From: Candidatus Parcubacteria bacterium
GTDB taxonomy: Bacteria; Patescibacteriota; Minisyncoccia; Minisyncoccales; JAGMAB01
Length of the DNA: 64,000 nt
Assembly: GCA_023131055.1 (NCBI GenBank)
Contig: JAGMAB010000001.1
Coordinates: forward strand, 1,486-65,485
Direction of reading: 5' to 3'
Shown here: in pieces, positions 1-8,732 of the stretch
Position numbering within the stretch: position 1 is the stretch's first letter
Layout: the number at the start of each line of letters is the position of its first letter
Position numbers and translations under genes: made by a program
The notes under the pieces: generated by a model
Seen by the model: the letters and a program-made list of their open reading frames with translations, nothing else
What the model was told of the DNA's origin: nothing
The model's database searches: none

Positions 1-155
1 CCAGAGCTATTAGAAATTTGGTTCGCATTGTCGGTCTTAAAAATCACGCTCGCGTGAATTTGAAGATTGAGGAACCTGAAGGCGGTAGAACTGCTCCTGT
101 TAGGGAAGAAAAAGCTCCTGCGGGAGAAAAAGGAATTGAAGATTTGAAACTGTAA
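1..155 (+). CDS. khpA: KH-domain RNA-binding protein (KhpA/YlqC family), 3' part only
   Basis: Frame from base 3 reads RAIRNLVRIVGLKNHARVNLKIEEPE...DLKL*; lies directly before trmD, the usual position. Confidence 0.75.
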   Translation, partial: RAIRNLVRIVGLKNHARVNLKIEEPEGGRTAPVREEKAPAGEKGIEDLKL

Positions 156-175
156 AAAAAACAGTTTACGAACTC

Positions 176-212
176 AAAAAACAGTGTTAACATTTGGTTA
201 ACGCTGTTTTTG
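176..212 (+). terminator. Hairpin with T-run just before the trmD start
   Basis: AAAAACAGTGTTAAC-ATTTG-GTTAACGCTGTTTTT inverted repeat. Confidence 0.5.
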
Positions 213-213
213 T

Positions 214-924
214 ATGAAATTTGACATAATCACAATATTTCCAGAGATTTTTGATTCTTATTTAAAAGAGAGCTTGATTTCTCGCGCGCGGAAAAAGAAA
301 TTGCTTAAGATTAATATCTATAATTTAAGAAAATATACAAAAGACGCGCACAAAACTGTTGATGACAGGCCTTTTGGCGGGGGATTGGGAATGGTATTCA
401 AAGTAGAACCGATATTTAAGGCGGTTACCGCCTTAAAGCGAAAAGCGAAAAGCGAAAAGCGAAAAACAAAAATTATTCTTTTTACGCCGCGGGGAAAACA
501 ATTTAATCAAAAAATGGCGTATCAATTTTCTAAATTAGACCATTTGATTATGATTTGCGGCAGATATGAAGGAGTGGACGAGAGAGTGGCGAAACATATT
601 GCTGACATAGAATTGTCAATCGGACCTTATGATTTAATGGGCGGAGAATTGCCGGCAATGGTGGTAATTGAAACAATGGCTCGTTTAATTCCAGGTATTA
701 TTGGCAAACCGGAATTATTAAAGCAGAGAATTCCAATTAAGCGCGGCAGGCAGGGCAGGGGATTTATTGAATATCCGCAATACACTCGCCCGCCAAAATT
801 TTTTGTTAAAAAACTTAGGCGGGCAAGACCAGAAGTTTGGCAAGTGCCAAAAGTTTTATTGTCAGGCAATCACAAAAAAATACAGGAGTGGCGTCAAAAA
901 CATCAAAAAATCATTGAAAAATGA
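214..924 (+). CDS. trmD: tRNA (guanine37-N1)-methyltransferase
   Basis: Motifs VDDRPFGGG, ICGRYEGVDERV, GGELPA, EYPQYTRP, LLSGNH. Confidence 0.97.
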   Translation: MKFDIITIFPEIFDSYLKESLISRARKKKLLKINIYNLRKYTKDAHKTVDDRPFGGGLGMVFKVEPIFKAVTALKRKAKSEKRKTKIILFTPRGKQFNQKMAYQFSKLDHLIMICGRYEGVDERVAKHIADIELSIGPYDLMGGELPAMVVIETMARLIPGIIGKPELLKQRIPIKRGRQGRGFIEYPQYTRPPKFFVKKLRRARPEVWQVPKVLLSGNHKKIQEWRQKHQKIIEK

Positions 925-952
925 AAAAAATTGTGCTAAACTATAAAAGATT

Positions 953-1035
953 GGGTAGGTACCTAAGCGGCCAACAGGACGTGGCTGTAAACCACGTAGC
1001 TTCGGCTTTCGGGGGTTCGAATCCCTCCCTGCCCA
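953..1035 (+). tRNA. tRNA-Tyr(GTA)
   Basis: Acceptor GGGTAGG/CCTGCCC, anticodon arm CGTGG-CTGTAAA-CCACG, long variable arm, GGTTCGAATCC. Confidence 0.95.
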
Positions 1036-1042
1036 CAAAAAT

Positions 1043-1116
1043 GCCAGGATAGCTCAGACGGTTAGAGCACGGCATTGGTAATGCCGAGGCCAGCGGTTCA
1101 ACTCCGCTTCCTGGCT
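1043..1116 (+). tRNA. tRNA-Thr(GGT)
   Basis: Acceptor GCCAGGA/TCCTGGC, anticodon arm CGGCA-TTGGTAA-TGCCG, GGTTCAACTCC. Confidence 0.95.
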
Positions 1117-1119
1117 CAT

Positions 1120-1686
1120 ATGAAAAATAAAAAGGAAATCAAAAACATCACTAATTTTTTGTTTGAGGTCGGCAGTTTGAAAAGAATAATCAGAAGCGGT
1201 TATCAGACATTGGGTTCTGGTGGAGAAACAATTGCCGAGCATACTTTTTGCTGCGCCGTGATTGGTTATTCTTTAGCGAAAATGGAAAAAGCCGATGAAA
1301 ATAAAGTATTAAAAATGTGTCTTTTTCACGACCTTTTGGAAACCAGAACCGGCGACTTAAATCTTGTAAATAAACAATATAATAAAGCATTTGAAGAAAA
1401 AGCCAGAAAAGACCAATGTCAGAACCTGCCTTTTGGAAAAGAAATGCTAAAATTGCTTTCTGAATATGAAAAAAGAAAAACCAAAGAAGCGATTTTAGCC
1501 AAAGATGCTGATTTTTTAGAAGAGATGTGTCAACAAAAAGAACATTATGAAACTGGCAATTCCCGAGCGTTAGAATGGATGGAATATACAAAAAAGAGGT
1601 TAAAAACAAAAATAGCAAAACAAATCGCCGAACAAATTATAAAAAATAAAGTCAAAGATTGGTGGTGGAATTTAGTAGTTAAATGA
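1120..1686 (+). CDS. HD-domain hydrolase (YfbR/5'-deoxynucleotidase-like)
   Basis: ETIAEHT, LFHDLLETRTGD, KDAD motifs; start moved to ATG 1120 because the upstream part of the ORF is tRNA-Thr. Confidence 0.85.
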   Translation: MKNKKEIKNITNFLFEVGSLKRIIRSGYQTLGSGGETIAEHTFCCAVIGYSLAKMEKADENKVLKMCLFHDLLETRTGDLNLVNKQYNKAFEEKARKDQCQNLPFGKEMLKLLSEYEKRKTKEAILAKDADFLEEMCQQKEHYETGNSRALEWMEYTKKRLKTKIAKQIAEQIIKNKVKDWWWNLVVK

Positions 1687-1699
1687 ATCAATTAAAAAT

Positions 1700-1861
1700 A
1701 TGGCAAAAAAGAAACCGTTTATAAAACTTCAATGTAAGGAATGCAAAAGAATAAATTATTTTATCCATAAATCAAAAAAAATGGTTGAGGAAAAGTTAGA
1801 ATTGAAAAAATTCTGCAAGTGGTGCAGAAAGCATACTTTACACAAAGAAATGAAGAAGTAA
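1700..1861 (+). CDS. rpmG: 50S ribosomal protein L33 (zinc-binding type)
   Basis: Not in ORF track; MAKKKPFIKLQCKECKRINY...LELKKFCKWCRKHTLHKEMKK. Confidence 0.95.
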   Translation: MAKKKPFIKLQCKECKRINYFIHKSKKMVEEKLELKKFCKWCRKHTLHKEMKK

Positions 1862-1862
1862 T

Positions 1863-2213
1863 ATGGAGATAAAAATTATCAAAGATTCAATAAGTAAAAA
1901 AGAGATTATTGATATTGCTAAAAAACAATTTGGTGATTTGGTAAAAGCAGTAGTTGATGTAGAGCAGGAAATAATAGCTATAGGCGGTGAAATGCACGCT
2001 GATGAAGAAGTGGCGTTAATGGAACAGGAAGGGTCAAAACGAGAACACACTTGGGGTATAAATATATATCCTGAAAAAGCAGATGAAGAAAGAATTGAGT
2101 TTGATTCAATAATTAATATTAAACCTTTTTGTAATAATCGCTCACGAAATGTAGAAAATCTGGAAATAAAGGAGAAAATTAAGATTATTATAAATAAATT
2201 AGTTGTTGAGTGA
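1863..2213 (+). CDS. DUF5674-like protein
   Basis: LVKAVVDV, GGEMHADEE, WGINIYP, FDSIINIKP pattern. Confidence 0.65.
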   Translation: MEIKIIKDSISKKEIIDIAKKQFGDLVKAVVDVEQEIIAIGGEMHADEEVALMEQEGSKREHTWGINIYPEKADEERIEFDSIINIKPFCNNRSRNVENLEIKEKIKIIINKLVVE

Positions 2214-2217
2214 AAAT

Positions 2218-2541
2218 ATGAAACCTATTCATAAAGAATTAGCTGAAGGAAGATGGTTTCAGCTTTCACTCTGTGAGCAGCTTGGAAATATCGGAAGTGA
2301 GGTGGGTCGGGCGCAACGATGGTTTAATAAAGATGAAAAACTTTATCAGGGCGCGGTTGAGCGAACGCTTGAGCTTTTTGATTTGACGCTTGCTGATTCG
2401 CGTTGGAAAGGGCGTTTAAGAGAGATTGGCCGTTTGAGAGAAGTATTTTGCGACGCTATTACTGGTGGTAAAGAATATAAAAGCACGCTCAAAGGCATAG
2501 AACGATATTTGTTTCCTTTTGCGTTTCTTTCGCGGCGCTAA
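2218..2541 (+). CDS. Conserved hypothetical helical protein
   Basis: GRWFQLSLCEQLGNIGSEVGRA; follows the DUF5674-like gene. Confidence 0.6.
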   Translation: MKPIHKELAEGRWFQLSLCEQLGNIGSEVGRAQRWFNKDEKLYQGAVERTLELFDLTLADSRWKGRLREIGRLREVFCDAITGGKEYKSTLKGIERYLFPFAFLSRR

Positions 2542-2561
2542 ATTAATAAGTGATAAATTTG

Positions 2562-2633
2562 GGGGACGTGGTGAAATGGCTATCATGAGAATCTCCAAAA
2601 TTCTTGTTCTAGGTTCGAATCCTAGCGTCCCCG
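2562..2633 (+). tRNA. tRNA-Trp(CCA)
   Basis: Acceptor GGGGACG/CGTCCCC, anticodon arm AGAAT-CTCCAAA-ATTCT, GGTTCGAATCC. Confidence 0.95.
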
Positions 2634-2685
2634 CATTTGCCTAATTACGGATTACACACACAAATTACAAAAATTAATAAAATTT

Positions 2686-3207
2686 ATGGAAAAAGAAAAA
2701 ACTGAAAAATTAAAACATTCAGCAAACATTTTTTCATGGAGAATAAACGAGACAGAATTAAATTATCAAGTAGATAATTATTCTAAACTCAAAATAACCG
2801 AATCGTATCGTGGAATTTCAGTTTTGATTACCACTGCCTTATTAGGTATTTCGATATTGCTTGCCCTCTTTAATTTATATCCTTTAGAAGAAATTTTATA
2901 TGGGCTTATTATTTATGTTCCAATACTTTTATTTGTTTATAAAGGTCATCGCTGGGCTATAGTAGCTCTAATGATATTGTGGACATTTGAAAAAGGATAT
3001 CAATTTATTGAGGTTGGCGGAATTATGCCACTTATTTGGTGGGTAATTATAACACCTTATTTTTATAGAGTATTAAAAGTTGAAAACAAACGACGGAAAT
3101 TACCAATGAATCAAAGTACAATTAGCGATCAATGTTTCTGTAGTCATTGCGGAGAAGTAATAAATACTGACGCAAAATTTTGTGCGAAGTGCGGCACTAA
3201 AATTTAA
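2686..3207 (+). CDS. Multi-pass membrane protein with C-terminal zinc ribbon
   Basis: About 4 hydrophobic segments; FCSHCG...FCAKCG at the C-terminus. Confidence 0.75.
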   Translation: MEKEKTEKLKHSANIFSWRINETELNYQVDNYSKLKITESYRGISVLITTALLGISILLALFNLYPLEEILYGLIIYVPILLFVYKGHRWAIVALMILWTFEKGYQFIEVGGIMPLIWWVIITPYFYRVLKVENKRRKLPMNQSTISDQCFCSHCGEVINTDAKFCAKCGTKI

Positions 3208-3212
3208 GTAAT

Positions 3213-4073
3213 ATGCTTTGTAAAAATTGCGGAAAAAAATCAGAGGGTAATGAGAAGTTTTGTACCAGTTGTGGTGCTTCTTTTTCAGATATTATTATCA
3301 ACGAAGAAAAATCTTCTAATGTTGGAGGGATTATTACGATTCTTATAATTCTTGCGGTTATTGGTTTTGGTATTTACGGTTCGTTAGACGAGGAATCTAT
3401 AGAGACAAATAATCAAGGTATATCGAGTTTCGATGCTGGTGATAGCGAGCAGGCAATTCAACAGTTTCAACGTGCTTCTATCGAAGCTGTCGGAGACGAT
3501 ACAAAAATGAATACGCTAATAAATCTTGGTTATGTGTATTCAAGCGAGTTACAATATCAACAGGCACTGCAGTCCTTTAGAGAAGCACTTACTTATGCAA
3601 ATAAAGAATCGTTTGAATATTTTTTAATTTCCGGGGAGATAGCATTACTTGAATGGAAACCCAATGCGGCAAAAATTAGTTATAATAAAGCGTACATGTT
3701 ACGCCCCAATGATTTTCAGATAAATAATGCACTTAATTTGTTTTATCTTGATGACGAGGTATCTCCGTACTATGTTGATTATTCAAAAGCCCTTCAGTAT
3801 GCGCAAAAAGCGTATGATGTTAGTGGGGCAGATGTAAAAAATATAGCGAAAGAAAATCTTGCCATAGCCCATTTTTTTAATGAAAATTATGACCAATCTA
3901 TATTATTACTCTCTTCATTCGATGTAGATACAAAACCTTATATTGCATATTGGCTCGGTTGGGCATATGCTTCCAAAGAAGACGAGGTCAAGGCAAAATT
4001 TTATTTTCAAAAAGCTGTAGATGCTGGGGTAGAGGTAGAACAAGAAGTTTATGATTATCTATATCTTTATTAA
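3213..4073 (+). CDS. Zinc-ribbon, single TM, TPR-repeat protein
   Basis: CKNCG...FCTSCG, one TM, then TPR-like helices (NLGYVYSSELQYQQALQSFREAL). Confidence 0.75.
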   Translation: MLCKNCGKKSEGNEKFCTSCGASFSDIIINEEKSSNVGGIITILIILAVIGFGIYGSLDEESIETNNQGISSFDAGDSEQAIQQFQRASIEAVGDDTKMNTLINLGYVYSSELQYQQALQSFREALTYANKESFEYFLISGEIALLEWKPNAAKISYNKAYMLRPNDFQINNALNLFYLDDEVSPYYVDYSKALQYAQKAYDVSGADVKNIAKENLAIAHFFNENYDQSILLLSSFDVDTKPYIAYWLGWAYASKEDEVKAKFYFQKAVDAGVEVEQEVYDYLYLY

Positions 4074-4075
4074 AT

Positions 4076-4948
4076 ATGTTTTGTGTAAATTGCGGAAGCG
4101 AAATAAAAAAAGGTTCAAAATTTTGTACTAAATGCGGCAATAAATTTGAGCAAGTTCAACAAGCGGAAGTGAAGAAAAAGTTTTTTGATATCAAAAAACT
4201 TTTTCTTACTATTATCGTTGTTGGTGTTATATCTACTGGATTTTTTTTCTATTATCAAAATTCTTTCTCAGAAAAAATTGATTACGATATTGCTTCTGTA
4301 GTTGTAAATATTTATTGCGAAGGAAAAACAGAAGAAGAATCCTCGGGAGGTTCGGGAATAATTTTTTCTGAAGACGGATTAATATTAACAAATGCTCATA
4401 TTATCCCCGAAAGTGCAAGAAATGATATTTATATTGATGAAACTATTTGTCTTGTTACTTTACCTGACCCAGACACTGGTTCTCCGAATGAAATTTATTA
4501 CGCTTATCCAATTTTTGCCGAAGGATTAAGCGATGAATATGATCTTGTCTTTATGTAAATTCACGATGTGTTTTATGATCACGAAGAGGGTAAGGCGTAT
4601 GGAGAATATCCAAAAAAATTTCCAATGTATGCCAATAAAAAGCAGTGCAGTGATGATGATATAAAACTTGGCGAGCCAGTAAGGGTTTATGGATACCCTG
4701 CGATTACTGGCGGATATGCACTTACAATAACGGACGGCGTAGTGAGTAGTTTACTGATTGATGAAGGTTTAATAATCACTTCGGCAAAAATTAGTTACGG
4801 TAATTCTGGTGGATTGGCTGTAGATCAAAATGGTTGTATGATTGGCATACCGTCAATGATAATTGGGGACGAAAACGAAAGTTTTGGAGTTATAATCTCA
4901 AATGATATCATCAACGAATTTATTGCGAGATTAGAGTTATTGAAATAA
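4076..4948 (+). pseudogene. Zinc-ribbon/TM/trypsin-like serine protease interrupted by in-frame TAA at 4556-4558
   Basis: ORFs 4076..4558 and 4568..4948 share one frame; triad motifs LTNAH, YDLVF, GNSGG span the stop. Confidence 0.75.
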
Positions 4949-5026
4949 TAGATACTATCTCACTTTCCGAAAAAAGAATAACTTGGCAAAAAGAAAAGAG
5001 GGTGTAAAAAAACAGACTAGCGAAAG

Positions 5027-5074
5027 CAGGGGATAGCCCCTTGTTTTTTGTTGAAATGCGAAATGATTGAAAAA
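5027..5074 (+). repeat. Terminator plus conserved tail, copy 1 (copy 2 at 55359..55406)
   Basis: CAGGGGATAGCCCCTTGTTTTTTGTTGAAATGCGAAATGATTGAAAA. Confidence 0.75.
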
Positions 5075-5250
5075 AAAACAAGAAATAATTAGTAATAAGG
5101 TGGGGTAAAAAATTTGCCATTTTTCTTTTTAATGTGTAAAATAAATTTATGACTAATGAAATAACACCATTTTGCTAAAATCAGCAAAATGGTCAAAATT
5201 GGCTCAAATACGATTAGAAAACATAAAGAAGAAAATTAAAGAAGCTTAAT

Positions 5251-6798
5251 ATGAATAAAGTAGTTTTAATATCTGTAATTATTGGCGTATTGATATTTGG
5301 TGTTTATCAGGGTTTTCTTAAAAAAGAAGAACCGAGTTTTGATTTGGTTGAAGTAATACAAGGAGAGCTTTTCCAAGAAATTTCCGAAACAGGAATGGTT
5401 AAAAAAGGAAATGGCTTGGAACTTGGTTTCAAAAATTCGGGCAGGCTTGAAAAAATATATGTTGAAGTTGGCGATGAAGTTAAATCAGGACAATATATTG
5501 CAAAAATAGAAACAAGCCAATTACAAATTCAGGTTCAGGAAGCAAAGGCAAATTTAACTATTTTTCAATCAAAATTAAACAAATTATTAGCAGGCGCCAG
5601 CCAGGAAGAAATTCAAATTACTGAAACCAAAATTGCTATTGCTGAAATTTCTTTTGCCAATGCCGAGCAAAACTTAAAAGATGTTCAGGCAGATGCTGAG
5701 CAAGACCTAAAAAGCGCTAATGAAGACGCTTTGAATGTTTTAGACGATTGTTACTTAAAATCATATAACGCTTTTAATTCAGTTGATTTAATTCAAAGGA
5801 CATATTTTAGCGGAAATGACCAGGATAGCATTAATGTTAAAGAAAACAAAAATAAAATTGAACAAGCTGTTAAAGCAGATACAGATCTCTCGCAAATGGA
5901 AAATAATTTAGAAATTATTTCTGATGCATTAAAAATTATCAGAGAGATTTGCGAAGAGCCAAGTTATCGCAGTATAGTTTCCTCAACAGATAAGACATCT
6001 TTAGATAATCAAAGAACTTATATCAGCACAGGTTTGACCAACATTACTGATACTCAACAAACTATTTCCTCAACTATTACAACTAATGAATCTTTGCTTA
6101 ACACTGCTCAAGCGCAGGTTTCTTCAGCTGAAGGCAGTCTTCAGACATCTCAAGACGAACAAGCCCTGTTGATAGCTTCGCCAAGAGAGCAAGACATTGA
6201 TTTATACCAAGCCCAGGTAAAACAGGCGCAAGCCAAAGTTAATCTTTTAGAAAATCAAATTGCCGAGGCGATTCTTAAAAGCCCTATTAAAGGACAAATT
6301 ACCAAAGTAAACAAAAAACCGGGCGAATTGGTTCAATTAACAGATATTGTTCTTATACTTTTGCCTTCGGTTCCGTTTGAAATAGAAACAGATATTTATG
6401 AAGAAGATGTTGTGAAAATAAACATTGGAAATCCAGTAGATATTTCTTTAATCGCTTTTCCTAATAAAATTTTCACAGGTAAAGTTATATCCATTGATCC
6501 GGCTGAAAAACTGGTTGAAGGAGTAGTTTATTACAGAATAATTATTGCTTTTGAGGAAATACCAGAAGGAGTTAAACCGGGAATGACAGCTGATTTAATT
6601 ATTAAAACAGCTAAAAAAGAAAATGTTTTAATGATTGATGAAGAAGCAATTCAGAAAAAAGATGATAAAGTTTTTGTTGAAGTTTTAAAAGATGGGGAAA
6701 TTGAAGAAAGAGAAATAGAAACAGGCCTTTTAGGCAGTGATGATATGCTTGAGATTATTTCAGGACTTATAATAGGAGAAAAAGTAATTTTAAGATGA
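5251..6798 (+). CDS. Efflux periplasmic adaptor subunit (MacA/HlyD family)
   Basis: N-terminal TM, lipoyl halves (VEVGDEVKSGQ, LKSPIKGQI), long coiled coil, KPGMTA. Confidence 0.9.
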   Translation: MNKVVLISVIIGVLIFGVYQGFLKKEEPSFDLVEVIQGELFQEISETGMVKKGNGLELGFKNSGRLEKIYVEVGDEVKSGQYIAKIETSQLQIQVQEAKANLTIFQSKLNKLLAGASQEEIQITETKIAIAEISFANAEQNLKDVQADAEQDLKSANEDALNVLDDCYLKSYNAFNSVDLIQRTYFSGNDQDSINVKENKNKIEQAVKADTDLSQMENNLEIISDALKIIREICEEPSYRSIVSSTDKTSLDNQRTYISTGLTNITDTQQTISSTITTNESLLNTAQAQVSSAEGSLQTSQDEQALLIASPREQDIDLYQAQVKQAQAKVNLLENQIAEAILKSPIKGQITKVNKKPGELVQLTDIVLILLPSVPFEIETDIYEEDVVKINIGNPVDISLIAFPNKIFTGKVISIDPAEKLVEGVVYYRIIIAFEEIPEGVKPGMTADLIIKTAKKENVLMIDEEAIQKKDDKVFVEVLKDGEIEEREIETGLLGSDDMLEIISGLIIGEKVILR

Positions 6799-7511
6799 AT
6801 CCAGAGCCAATCATTAAATTAGAAAATGTCTGGAAGATTTATCAGTTGGGAAAGACAGAATTGGTCGCGCTAAAAGGATTAAGCCTGGAAATTAATCCAG
6901 GCGCTTTTGTGGCAGTTATGGGAGCTTCCGGGTCAGGGAAATCCACTCTTTTGAATATGATTGGGTGTTTAGATGTTCCGACAAAAGGAAAAGTTTATTT
7001 GAAAGGAAAAGATATTGCAAAAATGACGGAAAGTGAACTTGCCCAGTTTAGGGGAAAAGTATTGGGCTTTGTTTTTCAGGAGTTTAATTTGATTTCTCAT
7101 ATTAACTGTTTAGAAAATGTGATGTTTCCTATGATTTTTCAAGGTGTCCCGCCTCTAAAAAGAAAAGAAAAAGCGCAAGAAATTTTAAAAATGGTTGGCT
7201 TGGAAAATAGAATGGTTCACCAGCCAATGGAACTTTCCGGCGGCGAAAGGCAAAGAGTGGCGCTGGCAAGGGCATTTGCCAATAATCCGGAAGTGATTAT
7301 AGCTGATGAACCTACCGGAAATCTTGATTCAACCACCGGAAAAATGATAATGGAATTATTAAAAGATTTTCATATAAAACAAGGTAAGACAATGATTATT
7401 GTTACTCATGATCCGAATATCGCAAATTACGCCGAAGAAATAGTAAATATTAAAGACGGACAAATAGTTAAGAATCATTTAACTATGAAGAAAGTTTTAT
7501 GGAGCAAATAG
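6795..7511 (+). CDS. ABC transporter ATP-binding protein (MacB/LolD-like)
   Basis: GASGSGKST, LSGGERQRV, ADEPTGNLD, VTHD. Confidence 0.95.
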   Translation: MNPEPIIKLENVWKIYQLGKTELVALKGLSLEINPGAFVAVMGASGSGKSTLLNMIGCLDVPTKGKVYLKGKDIAKMTESELAQFRGKVLGFVFQEFNLISHINCLENVMFPMIFQGVPPLKRKEKAQEILKMVGLENRMVHQPMELSGGERQRVALARAFANNPEVIIADEPTGNLDSTTGKMIMELLKDFHIKQGKTMIIVTHDPNIANYAEEIVNIKDGQIVKNHLTMKKVLWSK

Positions 7512-8728
7512 AAGAATACTTTAAAATCGCGTTAAGAAATATACGAACCAGACGATTAAGAAGTTTATTAACTGTTTTAGGAATTATTATTGGCGTGTTT
7601 TTGATAATTTCTTTGCTTTCTTTAAGCGAAGGATTAAAAACAACAATTAACCAGCAATTACAGTCAATGGGCGGAGAAATGGTTATGGTAATGCCCGGAG
7701 GCGAAGAAGATATTTTTACCAGTATGCTCTTTGGCGGCGAAAAACTGCAAAAACAAGATATTGAAGCAATTAAAAAAGCAAAAGGCGTAGATAAAGTTTT
7801 AGGATTTTCTTATACCGGGACAGTAGCCAGATATAAAGACGAATCAAAACAAATCGCTATGTGCGGTTACGACCCCTGGAAAGAAAGTTTAGATGTTTTG
7901 AGTATTTTTCAGGGTTGGAGTTTGTCTGAAGGAAGATGGCCAAGCAAGGGAAATCAGATTTTAATCGGCCAATATATAGCTAATGAAATTTTTTCAAAAA
8001 AGATAAAAGCCGGTTCAGAAATGGTAATAAAAGGAAAAAAGTTTGAGGTGGCGGGAATATTAAATTCCTTGGGAAATAAGCAGGATGACAGCATGATTTA
8101 TATGGATATGAAGGTATATCAGAATTTAACCGGAGAAAAACAAGGGACTGCCGCATACGCGATAGTTAAACTTGAACAAGGAGCAGACGAAAATGTGGTA
8201 AAAACAGCGATTGAAGACAGTCTTGAAAAGACAAGAAAAAGAAGAGCCGGGACAGATGTTGCTGATTTTTCCGTTATTACCTCAGAAAAAATGGGAGAGA
8301 TGGTGGATACTATTTTAGGCATAATTCAGGTTGTTATTATTGGATTTGCCAGCATTGCCATTGTCGTGGGCGGTATTGGAATTACAAATAGTATGTTCAC
8401 TTCGGTCAGGGAAAGAACTAAAGAAATAGGAATTATGAAAGCGATAGGAGCCAAAAATTCAGCAATTCTTGCAATCTTTTTAATTGAATCAGGAATAGTG
8501 GGGATTTTTGGAGGCGTAGGCGGAGTATTATTTGGCAGTATTCTTGCTAAAGGAATTGATTATTATGGCCAGATTAATCCAACATTTTATTTTACAACAA
8601 CTATTTCTCCCTGGATGATTATTTTCGCTTTAGTTTTTTCTTTTTCTATAGGATGTTTAGCGGGATTTTTTCCTGCCAGGTCGGCGGCTAAACTCAAACC
8701 GGTAGAAGCATTAAGAAAATACGAGTAA
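7499..8728 (+). CDS. ABC transporter permease (MacB/FtsX family)
   Basis: RSLLTVLGIIIGV, SVRERTKEIGIMKAIGA, PARSAAKLKPVEALR. Confidence 0.93.
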   Translation: MEQIEEYFKIALRNIRTRRLRSLLTVLGIIIGVFLIISLLSLSEGLKTTINQQLQSMGGEMVMVMPGGEEDIFTSMLFGGEKLQKQDIEAIKKAKGVDKVLGFSYTGTVARYKDESKQIAMCGYDPWKESLDVLSIFQGWSLSEGRWPSKGNQILIGQYIANEIFSKKIKAGSEMVIKGKKFEVAGILNSLGNKQDDSMIYMDMKVYQNLTGEKQGTAAYAIVKLEQGADENVVKTAIEDSLEKTRKRRAGTDVADFSVITSEKMGEMVDTILGIIQVVIIGFASIAIVVGGIGITNSMFTSVRERTKEIGIMKAIGAKNSAILAIFLIESGIVGIFGGVGGVLFGSILAKGIDYYGQINPTFYFTTTISPWMIIFALVFSFSIGCLAGFFPARSAAKLKPVEALRKYE

Positions 8729-8732
8729 AATT

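Noticed and set aside
1075..1119. N-terminal ORF extensions overlapping tRNAs (also 13627..13695)
   Set aside because: These are open frames running through tRNA genes; downstream ATGs give proper starts.
4556..4558. Stop-codon reassignment or readthrough
   Set aside because: TAA, TAG and TGA all end conserved genes normally in this window, and there is only one such interruption.
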